A stretch of 64,000 nucleotides of DNA. It comes from Azolla caroliniana (lineage: Eukaryota > Plantae > Polypodiophyta). The DNA lies in NCBI GenBank assembly GCA_043228905.1, contig JBHGNT010000007.1:17174001-17238000 (forward strand), given 5' to 3'. A program made the position numbers and the translations under genes. Below the pieces are notes generated by a model, which did no database searches, had not been told where the DNA came from, and saw only the letters and a list, made by a program, of their open reading frames with translations. This document shows positions 1-11,016 of this stretch, piece after piece. How positions within the stretch are numbered: the stretch's first letter is position 1; each line of letters opens with the position of its first letter.

Positions 1-149
1 TTAGAGTTGATTCATCCTCCAATTAATTATAGAGTCACACTTAATTCATATTGTCATAGAGGCACATCTTAATCATACTCTAGCTAATTACATTGATTCT
101 GTCTTAAATTTTCAATTATGAACATTTTGTTATCTGATTAATCACTAAT

Positions 150-1833
150 AGAGGCGGAAGTGATCGAGATGAATCCAAATGATGTGGATTTGATCACGTC
201 CTTGTATGATTCGGAGGATGGTTACGCGTCACCATACTCCACAACTATCGACGAAGAGTTGGACTTGTACAAGGGTCACAAGGGGTGCACGTGTGACTAG
301 GTATGCTTGTCACTGAGTTGGTAAGCCCATACGGTAATATCCATGCACTCGACGTAGAAAGTTGTCATCCCGATGTGCGTCATACGGGTCATGTACCGGG
401 AAGTAGATCGGATGCGTACTATTTCTTGGCACACCCAAATGTTTTAAGTTGTTGCAAAGATGATCTTTTTTATGTTGGATGTGCACAACATGTGGCACAT
501 ATGAGTATGCGTAAGGAAGCATATCATAAGTCCAAGGCTAGTCCATTAGACCTTGTAAGTTATAGGTTCTTTATGATACAAGAGGAGGTCCATAACATGG
601 CCAACAAGTTAAATTTTGGGAGTGCCATGTCAGAGGTTGGTTGGTCTGTAATGATGCAAGATGCCTATGCACTCCGAGATCTTGGGAAAGTGGCTCATGT
701 ACAACCTTACTTACCTGGTGATTATGAATCTCCCGCAAGGAAACCGTTTATCTTGGTGCTTCAAGATGAATGGATGTTAGAGATGTGTGAGTGATTGTCA
801 GTAAACAACTCTTGAGCAATCGACTCCATGTTTAAAACAAACCAAATTTGGTTGCCATTATATGCAATTGTGGCCCCAAACGCCATGGGAATCGATATCC
901 CATTATGGTACATGATATGTAGTTCTGATAAGCAGTCAAACCATGAGCAAGTAGCTTTAGAAATTTGCTTGAGAGTCATATTCACACGGATGCCCAATGT
1001 GAGGCCAAATGCGATAGTCATCGATAAAAGTTGGACATCATATAATGCCATAAGTAATGTGGTTGCAGCAGACCAATTATCTTGGATTGTTGCAAATGGG
1101 CAAAGGTCGCAATCACATTGTCACCTTTTGTTGTGTTAGTTCTATGCCAAAAAATCATGGGTGGACAACTTATTGCCAAAGGTAAGTGCAACTGAGAGAA
1201 ACCATCTTTATAATCGGATGTGCCAACTCATGCAATACATTACGCAATCCACATTCGGCACCCAATGTGAGGAGTTAAAGGTAGAATATGCAAACAAGCC
1301 AGGTGTTTAGCAATATATAGGAGGATGGTGTGGCTTGATAGAAACTGAAGTGGAGACAAACATAGAATCAATCAACGAGACAAATCCAAGTGCATCAGAT
1401 ATGGAGGAATGGGAGTAAGAAATACAAATGACCGAGGTAGCTATTCAATGTCTCCGACAAGGGTTACGATCCCATGACCGTGCTCAAGTTTTGGCATGTA
1501 TGGTGTCTTGCAAAGAAATGAGATTGGCGTTGGGGTACCAATGAAGAAGACGGTGGATCCATAAGGCGGAAGCAAGCGATTGGTGTGAAGAGACGAGCAT
1601 CAGACAATAATATTTCACAAAATCTTATTCGCAGCTCCCCAAACACTTCCAAGGCACACACCGGAAAAATGCAAAGAGGTGCAAGTCGAGCTAGGAGGCG
1701 ATTGCCAATATGTGTGACAGAGAAGATTTGATGCTTGCATTGCGATGCCTTGACATTTAGATCAACAGTCTCGAATGTTGATTGCTGCAAGAATTGTGGC
1801 CGCATCTTGCCATCATCTCCAGATGAGCCATAA
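150..1833 (+). pseudogene. Degenerate MULE (Mutator-like) transposase with internal deletions
   Basis: ORFs 303-794 and 828-1139 are close paralogs of the 32032-33993 ORF (CCKDDLF.VGCA.HVA.MSMRKEAYHKSKASPL; FKTNQ..LPLYA; RPNAIVIDK). It has several stops, and the TTNIVE and SWIM segments are deleted at ~1335. It ends in a CxxC...CxxC tail (CLHCDA...CKNCG) with stop at ~1833. Confidence 0.85.
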
Positions 1834-1907
1834 ACATAGCTTGAGTGGTTTTGCTGATCGGTGCATTTTGGTTTACGGTGTTTAAAGTGGATTTCTATTA
1901 AAAGGAT

Positions 1908-2128
1908 GTATATGTTGATTTATGTTTTATGTTTTATGTTTTATGTTTCTAGTATGTCATGTGTTGATTTATGTTTTACGTTTTATGTTTCAAGTAGGTC
2001 ATGTGTTGATTTATATTTTACGTTTTATGTTCCAAGTATGTCATATGTTGATTTATGTTTTAAGTTTTATGTTTCAAGTATGTCATATGTTGATTTATGT
2101 TTTAAGTTTTATGTTTCAAGTATGTCAT
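1908..2128. repeat. Tandem repeat, ~39-bp unit, about 5-6 copies
   Basis: Repeated TATGTCATRTGTTGATTTATGTTTTAMGTTTTATGTTTCAAG downstream of the transposase stop. Confidence 0.9.
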
Positions 2129-2329
2129 AATTGAATTTGTATTCATTTGCATGCAACAAGAGGCAATATTGACTAGATCGATGAAATATGAAAAGAAGAA
2201 AGCATTTTGGGGTTTAATAACATATTCCACTAAGTGAAATAAGGTAGAAATGTTTCCATTACTTTCCTAAACCCTAATGTAGAACAGTTTCCATTACTTT
2301 CCTTTAGTCTAATGCATTATTGTTTTTTG

Positions 2330-3049
2330 GAAACATCATTTGAACCTTATATGTAATGGTGGTTTGATTTGAAACATATTTCATTATTATAGTAAGTTGG
2401 TTTTGCATTTATATTTTTGTTGCAAACTATATAATCTAAGGAAAAGGTGCGCTAGGAAAAAATGTTGTATTGCCAATATTTAGTGTGATTGATATGTAAC
2501 ACATATATTGATCGATAAGCTTCACATATTGAATCAATCATATATTAATCTCTTCCTTGTTGATGGGAGGAATACATTAATATACATCAAGAATCAATTG
2601 CTAGTGGCTAAAATCCCTAAACCAAATATTTGAAACCCTAAAAAAGAAAGAAGTTCAAGAAGAAGAAAATCTAAATGATATCAAAATTGACCAATAAGCA
2701 AAATAAACCCTCTTCTCAATAAGAGAGGAAAAGAGATTTGAACCTTGCACCTATTAACAAAAAAGCATAACTCTAACCACTAATCCATTAAATCTTAATA
2801 TTATTTTTATTAAGTACTTCATTTATTGTTCTAAAATAGTTGGGCGGTTGGGCAACCCACAACGGTCAGGATTGAGCGACCAAGGACTCAAAGTTGGGCG
2901 ACCTCTGACAGATTTTTTTTCGCGCGTTCTTTCTTATCCAAATCAGACGGTGCAGATCGAACACACCTTCCTCTAAGCAACCTACAGCGTCTAAGGCCGT
3001 GATTCCCTCGCCAGCCCTATTTATGATTTGGTATAAAATAAACACGAGT
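2330..3049 (-). mobile_element. MULE terminal arm (TIR plus subterminal region)
   Basis: 2330-2480 and 2615-3049 are reverse complements of 5563-5712 and 5127-5545. The terminus AATAAACACGAGT matches the family TIR end. Confidence 0.75.
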
Positions 3050-3077
3050 CATCCATATATATACATGTAGTTTTGTG

Positions 3078-5071
3078 GCTCGTGTATATTCTGCATCAAA
3101 TCATAAAGAGGGCTGGCGAGGGAATCATGGCCATAGACGGTGTAGGTCACTCAGCTGATAGCGCATACGATCTCCACCATCCGATTTGGATAAGAAAGAA
3201 CGTGCGAAAAAAAAAGTTGTCAGAGGTCGCCCAACCGCCAATCTATTTTAGAGCAATAAATGAAGTACTTAATTAAAAATGTATTATAATGGAATGGTTT
3301 AGTGGTTAGAGTCACTCTTGCCATGGAGAACTGCCTTTGGCTTTGCTTCTAGCCATGGAGAAATGCCTTTGGCTCTGCTTCTAGCTATGGAGAAGAAACA
3401 CGCATAGAAGAAACAGAGCAAAGAGAGGAAAACACGGAGAGAGAGGGAGAGAGAGAGAGACTAATTCTAATTTTGACATGTGGCTATGGCTATGCCTTTG
3501 GCTCTGTTTCTCGCTATAGAGAAGAAAGCATGGAGCGAGGGGGAGAGAGATTATTTGCTCTTTTTATTCTCCTCCTCCTTATTTTGACCCGTGGCTATGG
3601 CTATGCCTTTGGCTCTCCTTCTGGCCATGGAGAAATGCCTTTGGCTTTGCTTCTGGCTATGGAGAAGAAACAAAGCAAAGCTAGGAAAGAAAGTAGAGAG
3701 AGGGAGACACAGACAAATTGATTGATTCTGATTTTGACTTGTGGTTATGGTTATGCCTTTGGATCTTCTTCTAGCTATAGAGAAGAAAGCACGAAGCGAG
3801 GGGGAGAGAGACGAGTCGCTCTTTTTCTTCTTTTGTTGCTCCTAATTCTAACTTGTGGCTATGGTTGTGCCTTTGGCTCTGCTTTTGGCCATGGAGAAGT
3901 GCCTTTGCCTCTGATTCTGGCTATGGAGAAGAAACACGCAGAGAAGAGATAGAGCAAAGAGAGGAAAGAAGGTAGAGTAAGGGAGACAGAGACAGAGGTA
4001 GAGAAAGAGACTGATTCTGATTTTGACCTATGGTTATGGCTATGCCTTTGGCTCTTCTACTAGCTATAGAGAAGAAAGCACGGAGCGAGGGGGAGAGAGA
4101 CTAGTTGCTCTTTTTCTTCTTCTTCTTCTTCTACTCCTGATTCGAACTTGAGGTTATGGCTATGCCTTTGGCTCTGCGTCTGGCCATGGAGAAGTGCCTT
4201 TGACTCTGCTTCTGGCCATGGAGAAGTGCCTTTGGCTCTGGTTCTGGCTATGGAGAAGAAACATGCAGAGAAGAAACAAAGGAAAGAGAGGAAAGCACGT
4301 AGAAAATGGGAGACAAAGACAGAAACACAAAGAGATTGATTCTGATTTTGACCTGTGGCTATGGCTATGCCTATGCCTATGCCTTTGCCTTTGCTTCTTG
4401 CTATAGAGAAGAAATCATGGTGCGAGGGGGAGAGAGACTATTCGCTCTCTTCCTTCTTCTTGTGCTTCTGATTCTAACCTATGGCTATGGTTATGCCTTT
4501 GGCTCTACTTCTGGCCATGGAGAAGTGCCTTTGCCTCTGCTTCTGGCTATGGAGAAGAAACAGAGGAAAGAGAGAAAAGCACACAGAAAGAGGGAGACAA
4601 AGATAGAAACACAGAGATACTAATTCTAATTTTGACTTCTGGCTATGGCTATGCCTTTGCCTCTGCTTCTGGCTATAGAGAAGAAAGCACAGAGCGAGGG
4701 GGAGAGAGACTATTCGCTCTTTTTCTTCTTCTTCTGCTTCTGATTCTAATATGTGGCTAATGCTATGCTTCTGGCCATGGAGAAGTGCCTTTGGCTCTAC
4801 TTTTGGCTATGGAGAAGAAACATGCACAGAAGAAACAAAGCAAAGAGAGGAAAGCACGCAGAGAGAGGGAGATAGAGACACAGAGAGATTCAAAAATTCC
4901 CTCCCCCCAAATTTTACTTTTTTTAACATTTTAACAATTTTCTTTTTCTTTTTCTTTTCTTTTAATATATTATATCAAATAGTGATGAGGCTAGTTGAGC
5001 GACCTGCATCGTCTGTGGCCACGATTCCCTCACAAGTCCCCCTTATGAATTGTGTCATAATAGACACGTCA
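3078..5071. mobile_element. Non-autonomous MULE (element A) with 9-bp target-site duplication
   Basis: Left end GCTCGTGTATATT aligns with the reverse complement of the right end, TGACGTGTCTATT. AGTTTTGTG lies on both flanks (3069-3077, 5072-5080), and a 9-bp TSD is typical of Mutator. The right TIR is shortened by an internal deletion. Confidence 0.7.
3320..4890. repeat. Complex tandem repeat (~250-300-bp units, about 5-6 copies) inside MULE A
   Basis: Recurrent TGTGGCTATGGCTATGCCTTTGGCTCT, GGCCATGGAGAAGTGCCTTTG and GAGCGAGGGGGAGAGAGAC modules. Confidence 0.9.
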
Positions 5072-5086
5072 AGTTTTGTGTGATAA

Positions 5087-5126
5087 ATACATACATACAT
5101 ACATACATACATACATGCATGCATAT
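5087..5126. repeat. (TACA)n(TGCA)n microsatellite between two MULE termini
   Basis: ATACATACATACATACATACATACATGCATGCAT seen directly. Confidence 0.95.
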
Positions 5127-6876
5127 GCTCTTGTCTATTCTGCATCAAATCATAAAGAGGGTTGGCGAGGGAATCACGGCCACAGACGGTGCAGGTCGCT
5201 CACTTGATAGCTCTTGCGATCTGTACCGTCCGATTTGGATAAGAAAGAACGCACGAAAAAAAAAGTTGTTAGAGGTCGCCCAACTCTAAGTCCTTGGTTG
5301 CCCAACCGCCTATCTATTTTAGAACAATAAATGAAGTACTTAATTAAAAATTTATTATAATGTAATGGTTTAGTAGTTAGAGTCACTCTTTTTGGTTAAT
5401 AGGTGCAAGGTTCAAATCTCTTTTCCTCTTTTATTGAGAATAGGGTTTATTTTGCTTGCTTATTGGTCAATTTTGATATCATTTAGGTTTTCTTCTTTTT
5501 TAACTTCTTTCTTTTTTAGGGTTTTGACATTTGGTTTAGGAATTTCATACTTGCATGTATATTATTGGCAATACAACATTTCTTTCTAGTGCATATTTTC
5601 CTTAGATTATGTAGTTTGCAACAAAAATACAAATGCAAAACCAACTTACTATAATAATGAAATATGTTTCAAATCAAACCACCATTACATATAAGGTTCA
5701 AATGATGTTTCCTTGGTTGTTACCCATTGCTCCCGGCTCACTCACTACTCGTGGCTCCCTGTCACTTCTCGGTGATTGCACGACATCTGTTGTTTGCCAC
5801 TACACCACTCTGAAGTATGTATTTTGTCTTTTTTAGTCTCTTTCTCTCTATTTTCTCTATTTTCTCTATTTTTCTCTTTTATTGAATCTTTTTTCTTTGA
5901 AGATTGCTCATGAGAAGCATGTATGACAAAGTGGAATGCATTTTCTTTTATTCCCACCAAAATCTACAATAGGAGAAGGACTAAGCAATTAGAGTGATTA
6001 GTTACATCTGTTTGTCCAATATGGACTTATTGAAAGCCATAGAAAGCATGGAGGAGGTGAGATGGGTCTGATTGTTGATTGGATGAACTATTAATATGCA
6101 CAAGTGATGCTAGAGGAATTTTAGGATACTCTAGGAAGTATTTTTAAAATTTTAAAATTTTCATGCACTTTCTAAATTGGAGGGTAATATGGTCTATTGA
6201 ATCTTAATATTGGGGATATTTTGATTCTTAAAATTAGTGATCAGATTTTTTGTATTTTTTGTATTGTATGCTATAAGTCATCGAGTACAATAAGCACATC
6301 TTATTGTCACACATCACACATCATACAAGTACATATTGTATTGTATGAGTTAACAAAACTTTGATAGAGAACAAATATCTTGTAGATGGTATGCGCATTT
6401 GGCCATATGAGCTTAGCAAAGAGGCTTATGACACTAATGCATGAGTAGTTGGGAACAATATGTATATGAGCATGCATGCAATGAAATTTATATGCAATAT
6501 CCAAAATTCTTAGGTTATGCATGTAAATTGAAGAAGGCATTGTATGTATTACCAACAACGAACATCAAGTGCTTAATTACAGGTTGCATGGATTTGAAAT
6601 ATCGAAGTTTGTGTATATGTTAGTTAGTACAATGCAATCATTCTCATTGTGAATTGTGCAGACATTTATATCCTTGAATGTTCAAGAGACATCAAACATT
6701 TGTTGGAGGGATATATTTGTCACGGACATGACAATAGTCATGTCAAGATTTGAACTCTTGACCACTTATATAATAGCCAAGTGTTATGCTCTAACCAATA
6801 CATCCAAATACATGTTTATGTTATATACATCTCAGTAATTATTAGTAGTTATCTATTTCAAGTTCTAGGATTTCTT

Positions 6877-6965
6877 AGAAAGTTCTAGAATGAGAAGGTT
6901 CTAGAAGAATCTAGAATATTCTCTTGAATATTCTAATGCATGTACTTCGACTCACAATATAAATA
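6877..6965 (+). promoter_or_regulatory. Heat-shock-element array and TATA box in LTR U3
   Basis: aGAAagTTCtaGAAt (6877-6891) and aGAAggTTCtaGAAgaaTCtaGAAtaTTC (6893-6921) match alternating nGAAn/nTTCn. TATAAATA at 6958-6965. Repeated in the 3' LTR (~8506-8594). Confidence 0.7.
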
Positions 6966-7179
6966 CTTGTAACCTCTGTGGTCGCATTGAAGGGATTCAA
7001 CGCCAGTCATAGACATATCAATCTAGTATTCCCATTTCGCCTATCTTCTCTCCTTAATCTTCATCTCTATCTTAATGTTCTTGTCTCATTCCCCATCTTA
7101 AGTTCCACGTCTCATCGCTCCATCATAGCCTCGTCATCCATGCTCTGTCATGGTCCAAGGTTGGTGTGTCCGTGATAGT

Positions 7180-7191
7180 TTGAATCCCTTC
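7180..7191 (+). other. Putative self-priming primer-binding site
   Basis: TTGAATCCCTTC, 2 nt after the 5' LTR, is the exact reverse complement of GAAGGGATTCAA at 6989-7000, about 31 nt downstream of the TATA start. Confidence 0.75.
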
Positions 7192-7784
7192 CAACTAGAA
7201 GCATCACCCATCTTCGTCATTGCCCTTGCTTCTAGAGTTACCATCGTCACTGTCCTTGCTTCTAGAGTTTACCATCATCAATATCCCTTTGTTTCCTATC
7301 GTCCTCGCCATTTCTATCTCCTAGTTCCTTCTCATCATTGTCATTGTCTTTTAGTTTCTCCGCATTATCGTTTCTATTTTTTAGTTTCTTCTCATCCTCC
7401 ACATATATATATATCCGTGTTTCTTATCATCATCATCTCTATCTTTGCACTTTTGTCATTGTCATCCTTCTACCTTTGTTTCCTACCATTTTCATCTCTA
7501 TGTGTTTCTTATCATCATCATCCCTATTTATGCGTTTCTTATCATCTTCGTCCCTATCACTATGTTTTCTATCATCCTCTATATCCCTATCTTCTTTTTA
7601 TTCTCAACATCTCGATATCTATTTTTCTTATCCTCTTTATCTATTTCTCTGTTTCTAGTCATTGCTTCTAAAGACGCTTTCTCAATCATTATCTTCATTG
7701 CTTCATCTTCGACATCATCATCTTTAGCACCTCTTAGTGTCGTCATCAACACTACTTTGCCTAGCCTTCATCGATGACATCAAG

Positions 7785-8255
7785 TGTTCTAGTTCCCGGT
7801 GAGGACCGCACAAGGTCGCTCATGCCCGTTAGTGTTCGTGTCTTCGGTGAGGAGAGCAACACATGGCTGTCCACTCTCGTTCGTGTTCCAGTCCCTGGTG
7901 AGGACCGCACAAGGTTGCTCACGTCCGTTGGTGTTCCAGTTCCCGGTGAGGACCGCATGGTCGCTCACACCCATTCGTATTCCCGATGACAGTCTTCGGT
8001 GAAGGACTGCACAAGGTCGCTAATGCCCGTTGGTGTTCTTGTCTCCGGTGAGGAGAGCCGCACATGGTCGTCCACTCTCGTTCGTGTTCCAGTACCTGGT
8101 GAGGACCGCACAAGGTTGCTCATGCCCGTTCGTGTCCCAATCTCCGGTGAGGACCGTACATGGTCGCTCACGCCCGTTGGTGTTCTAGTTCCCGATGAGG
8201 ATCGCACATGGTCACTCACGTCCATTGATGTTCCAGTCTCCGGTGAGGACTGCTC
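7785..8255. repeat. Tandem array of ~48/51-bp units (about 10 copies) upstream of the PPT
   Basis: Recurrent CCGGTGAGGACCGCACAWGGTCGCTCAYGCCCGTTSGTGTTCYAGT units. Confidence 0.9.
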
Positions 8256-9446
8256 ATCGTCACTCAGTACTCAACCTACTTCCATTTTCTCTTTCAGCTC
8301 ACCCCTACACCACATTTCCGAAAAGGCGTCGTAAAGGGGAGGATAATTTCACGGACATGACAATAGTCATGTCAAGATTTGAACTCTTGACCACTTATAT
8401 AATAGCCAAGTGTTATGCTCTAACCAATACATCCAAATACATGTTTATGTTATATACATCTCAGTAATTATTAGTAGTTATCTATTTCAAGTTCTAGGAT
8501 TTCTTAGAAAGTTCTAGAATGAGAAGGTTCTAGAGGAATCTAGAATATTCTCTTGAATATTCTAATGCATGTACTTCGACTCACAATATAAATACTTGTA
8601 ACCTCTGTGGTCGCATTGAAGGGATTCAATGCCAGTCATGGACATATCAATCTAGTATTCCCGTTTCGCCTATCTTCTCTCCTTAATCTTCATCTCTATC
8701 TTAATGTTCTTGTCTCATTCCCCATCTTAAGTTCCTCGTCTCATCGCTCCATCATAGCCTCATCATCCATGCTCTATCATAGTCCAGGGTTGGTGTGTTC
8801 GTGATAATATTTAACCTTTGGCTTGAAGAGAAAGAGAGAAGGATAGTATCATAATTCATTGAAGTAGACACATATTGCACAATGCTTAATATGAGGAGTC
8901 ACGGTACGGTATGACAAACATTTTTTTGTATTTTTTGGGCTTTAAGAAATATATGATGATTAAGTATTCGATTTGCATGATTTTTTTTGTATGATTTCAT
9001 TATCTTTGTCAGGTAGTTATGTTTATTTGTGTATCTTTGTGTATTTTCTATAGTAATAAAATGTATAATAATGAAGCATCATATAGAGCTTTTCATTATT
9101 AAAACTTGTACGTCAAATGACATATTAGTTTTTGCACTCTCATGTCATATGACATACATCTTTAAAAAATGTCTGTCAAAAAACATAAAGACTAACCTGT
9201 CAAATTCAGGCCCTGGAAACAATTCTACCTTATTTCATGCTTTTTAAGAGGGTTGGGAGACCTATTTGATAGGTTGGGTGACCATATTAAACACAATTTT
9301 TGGAATAACACAATGTCACCAAAACTTGACTATTACAAGAACAATATCCAACCGATGATCCGTTTACATAGCTAGATAAATTAATCCACACATATTACAA
9401 CAATTGCATGAGAGATTGTGCATGACTAGTAATATAGAATACAACT

Positions 9447-10259
9447 TCATTCAACATCAAATATATATGGACAAGAACCATCCTCAACATTGGCTAAAGG
9501 ATTGTAGAAAGGATTCTTTGGGTCTATACATCTAGGCCCAAGGTCAATATCACACCATTTGCCTTGTTTACATTAGTATTATTATAGTCCTAAATAGTAT
9601 ATTAGCTTAAAGATGATTGATTCAATGAAGAAGTTTAAAAATTATAAACCAAGAAGCAAAACTATGTGCATGTTACAGTCTTTTCTGTATATACCAATGT
9701 ACTTGCATAATCCATACACACGGAGACAATTGCCTCTTAAAAATGAAGCATATAAAAGATACCCTAACAGAAGGCCAATTACAACAACTGGACAAAGTAC
9801 ATGGGCTGAAATATCATCAGTTGTAGTGTAAAATTATTATTCTACAATAGGCTCGCATGATAAAGTGTTATCCAATTGCTTGTTGAAAGTTTTCACCTTC
9901 ACTTTCATCATCTCCAGGATCATCAATATCATACTCTCCATTACCCTCAAATTTATCGTGGTCATGATCTACAATGAACATTCTTAAGGGAATCAAATCA
10001 TTTGTTATTTGATTCTCATTATATTGAAAAGAGAAAAATGAGAGCAATAATCTTATCAAATAACAGAAGCCAAATCTAATAACACTTAAATGTTAGAAAA
10101 CTTCATTATACAATATTACTAAATTATATGATTCATTTATCTTGTCAAACCTTACTAACCACAAAGCTACTATGGTACTAGGCTGTTTCTCAAAGTTCGC
10201 ATATTGATACCATTTGCTAATAACTAAAGACTATTAAATGGACACGTATGATTGAGTGA

Positions 10260-10290
<31 letters not shown>

Positions 10291-10473
10291 TATCAAAGAG
10301 AAAGAGAGAGTATAAGAGTATGTGTGTGAGAGAGTGATTACCTTGTCTTGACCTCATCCTCCTCTTGTGCTAGAAGAGCCTCATCACATAATGTCGATGC
10401 CCATTGTGAAGGATGCTACAAACTAGTAGGCGTTAGAGTCGGAAACACGAGAGGAAGCCCACAGGAGAGACAT
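9447..10473 (-). pseudogene. Fragments of a host gene (first exons plus C-terminal exon), probably captured
   Basis: Minus-strand pieces LCDEALLAQEEDEVKTR followed by a GT donor at 10341; NDLIPLRMFIVD...FQQAIG / SAHVLCPVVVIGLLLG followed by a GT donor at 9762; and KQGKWCDIDLGPRCIDPKNPFYNPLANVEDGSCPYIFDVE* (9570-9447). Stops and frameshifts are present. Resembles an uncharacterised plant protein family ending in DPLANVDDGSCP (recall only). Confidence 0.5.
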
Positions 10474-10510
10474 TGAGAGAGAGAGAGAGAAAAGAGAAGA
10501 GAGGCCGAGA

Positions 10511-10580
10511 TGGATGTAGCTCAGTTGGTAAGGTTGCCCAATGGAGACAAGGTGGTCATGGGTTCAACCCCTACATTCCA
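10511..10580 (+). pseudogene. tRNA-derived sequence (A and B boxes, no intact cloverleaf)
   Basis: TAGCTCAGTTGGTAAG A box and GGTTCAACCC B box at tRNA spacing; the anticodon arm does not pair. Confidence 0.55.
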
Positions 10581-10637
10581 CAGTGGCGTCTAGTGAAATA
10601 GAGATATATATGAAATATATAATAGAGGTGAGAAAAT

Positions 10638-10697
10638 TGGGTTTCGAACCCAAGACACAGTGCTTGTAGTGTTATCGACTTACCACTAGGGTAAGCT
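10638..10697 (-). pseudogene. tRNA-derived sequence
   Basis: Minus strand reads CCCTAGTGGTAAG...TCTTGGGTTCGAAACCCAA; similar to the two copies at 63232-63452. Confidence 0.5.
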
Positions 10698-10717
10698 AAT
10701 TACGATTAAAATAAAAA

Positions 10718-10759
<42 letters not shown>

Positions 10760-11016
10760 TTCAGAGATGTTGGAGAAGGACAAACACTAATTTTGATGTA
10801 TCTTCTTGCTATGGTGTCTGTTTCCTTTGCTCTTTAGCTCGTTTCAAAGCCTGTGCATAGAGCTTTCTAAAGAGTATCTGCACGTATCATTTGGTGGTCT
10901 TGGTAGAACATTACGAGTAAAAATTCCATTCAATTGCATGCATCTCATGATCACATGCTTTGATTCCTTCTCCAACACAATTACTTGTAAGTGAGCTCTC
11001 TCCTATTTCTTGTCAT

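Larger units (their letters stand above)
6718..8806 (+). mobile_element. Non-autonomous LTR retroelement (TRIM/LARD-like), probable derivative of a self-priming chromovirus
   Basis: 460-bp LTRs at 6718-7177 and 8347-8806 (about 11 differences by eye) with ends TGTCACGGACA...TGTCCGTGATA. 5-bp TSD ATATT (6713-6717, 8807-8811). PPT AAGGGGAGGATAA before the 3' LTR. Internal 1.17 kb has no gag/pol motifs and no TGG-type tRNA PBS. Confidence 0.9.

Noticed and set aside
3473-5083. Repeated ORFs with LILTCGYGYAFGS motifs (also 25407-25811)
   Set aside because: They are translations of the tandem repeat in shifting frames, with frequent indels and no domain signature.
7785-8255. Resemblance to hammerhead ribozymes (retrozyme) or a CRISPR array
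   Set aside because: The stem is present, but the catalytic CUGAUGA and GAAA cores read CCGGUGA and GCUC. Units have no unique spacers, there are no cas genes, and the context is eukaryotic.
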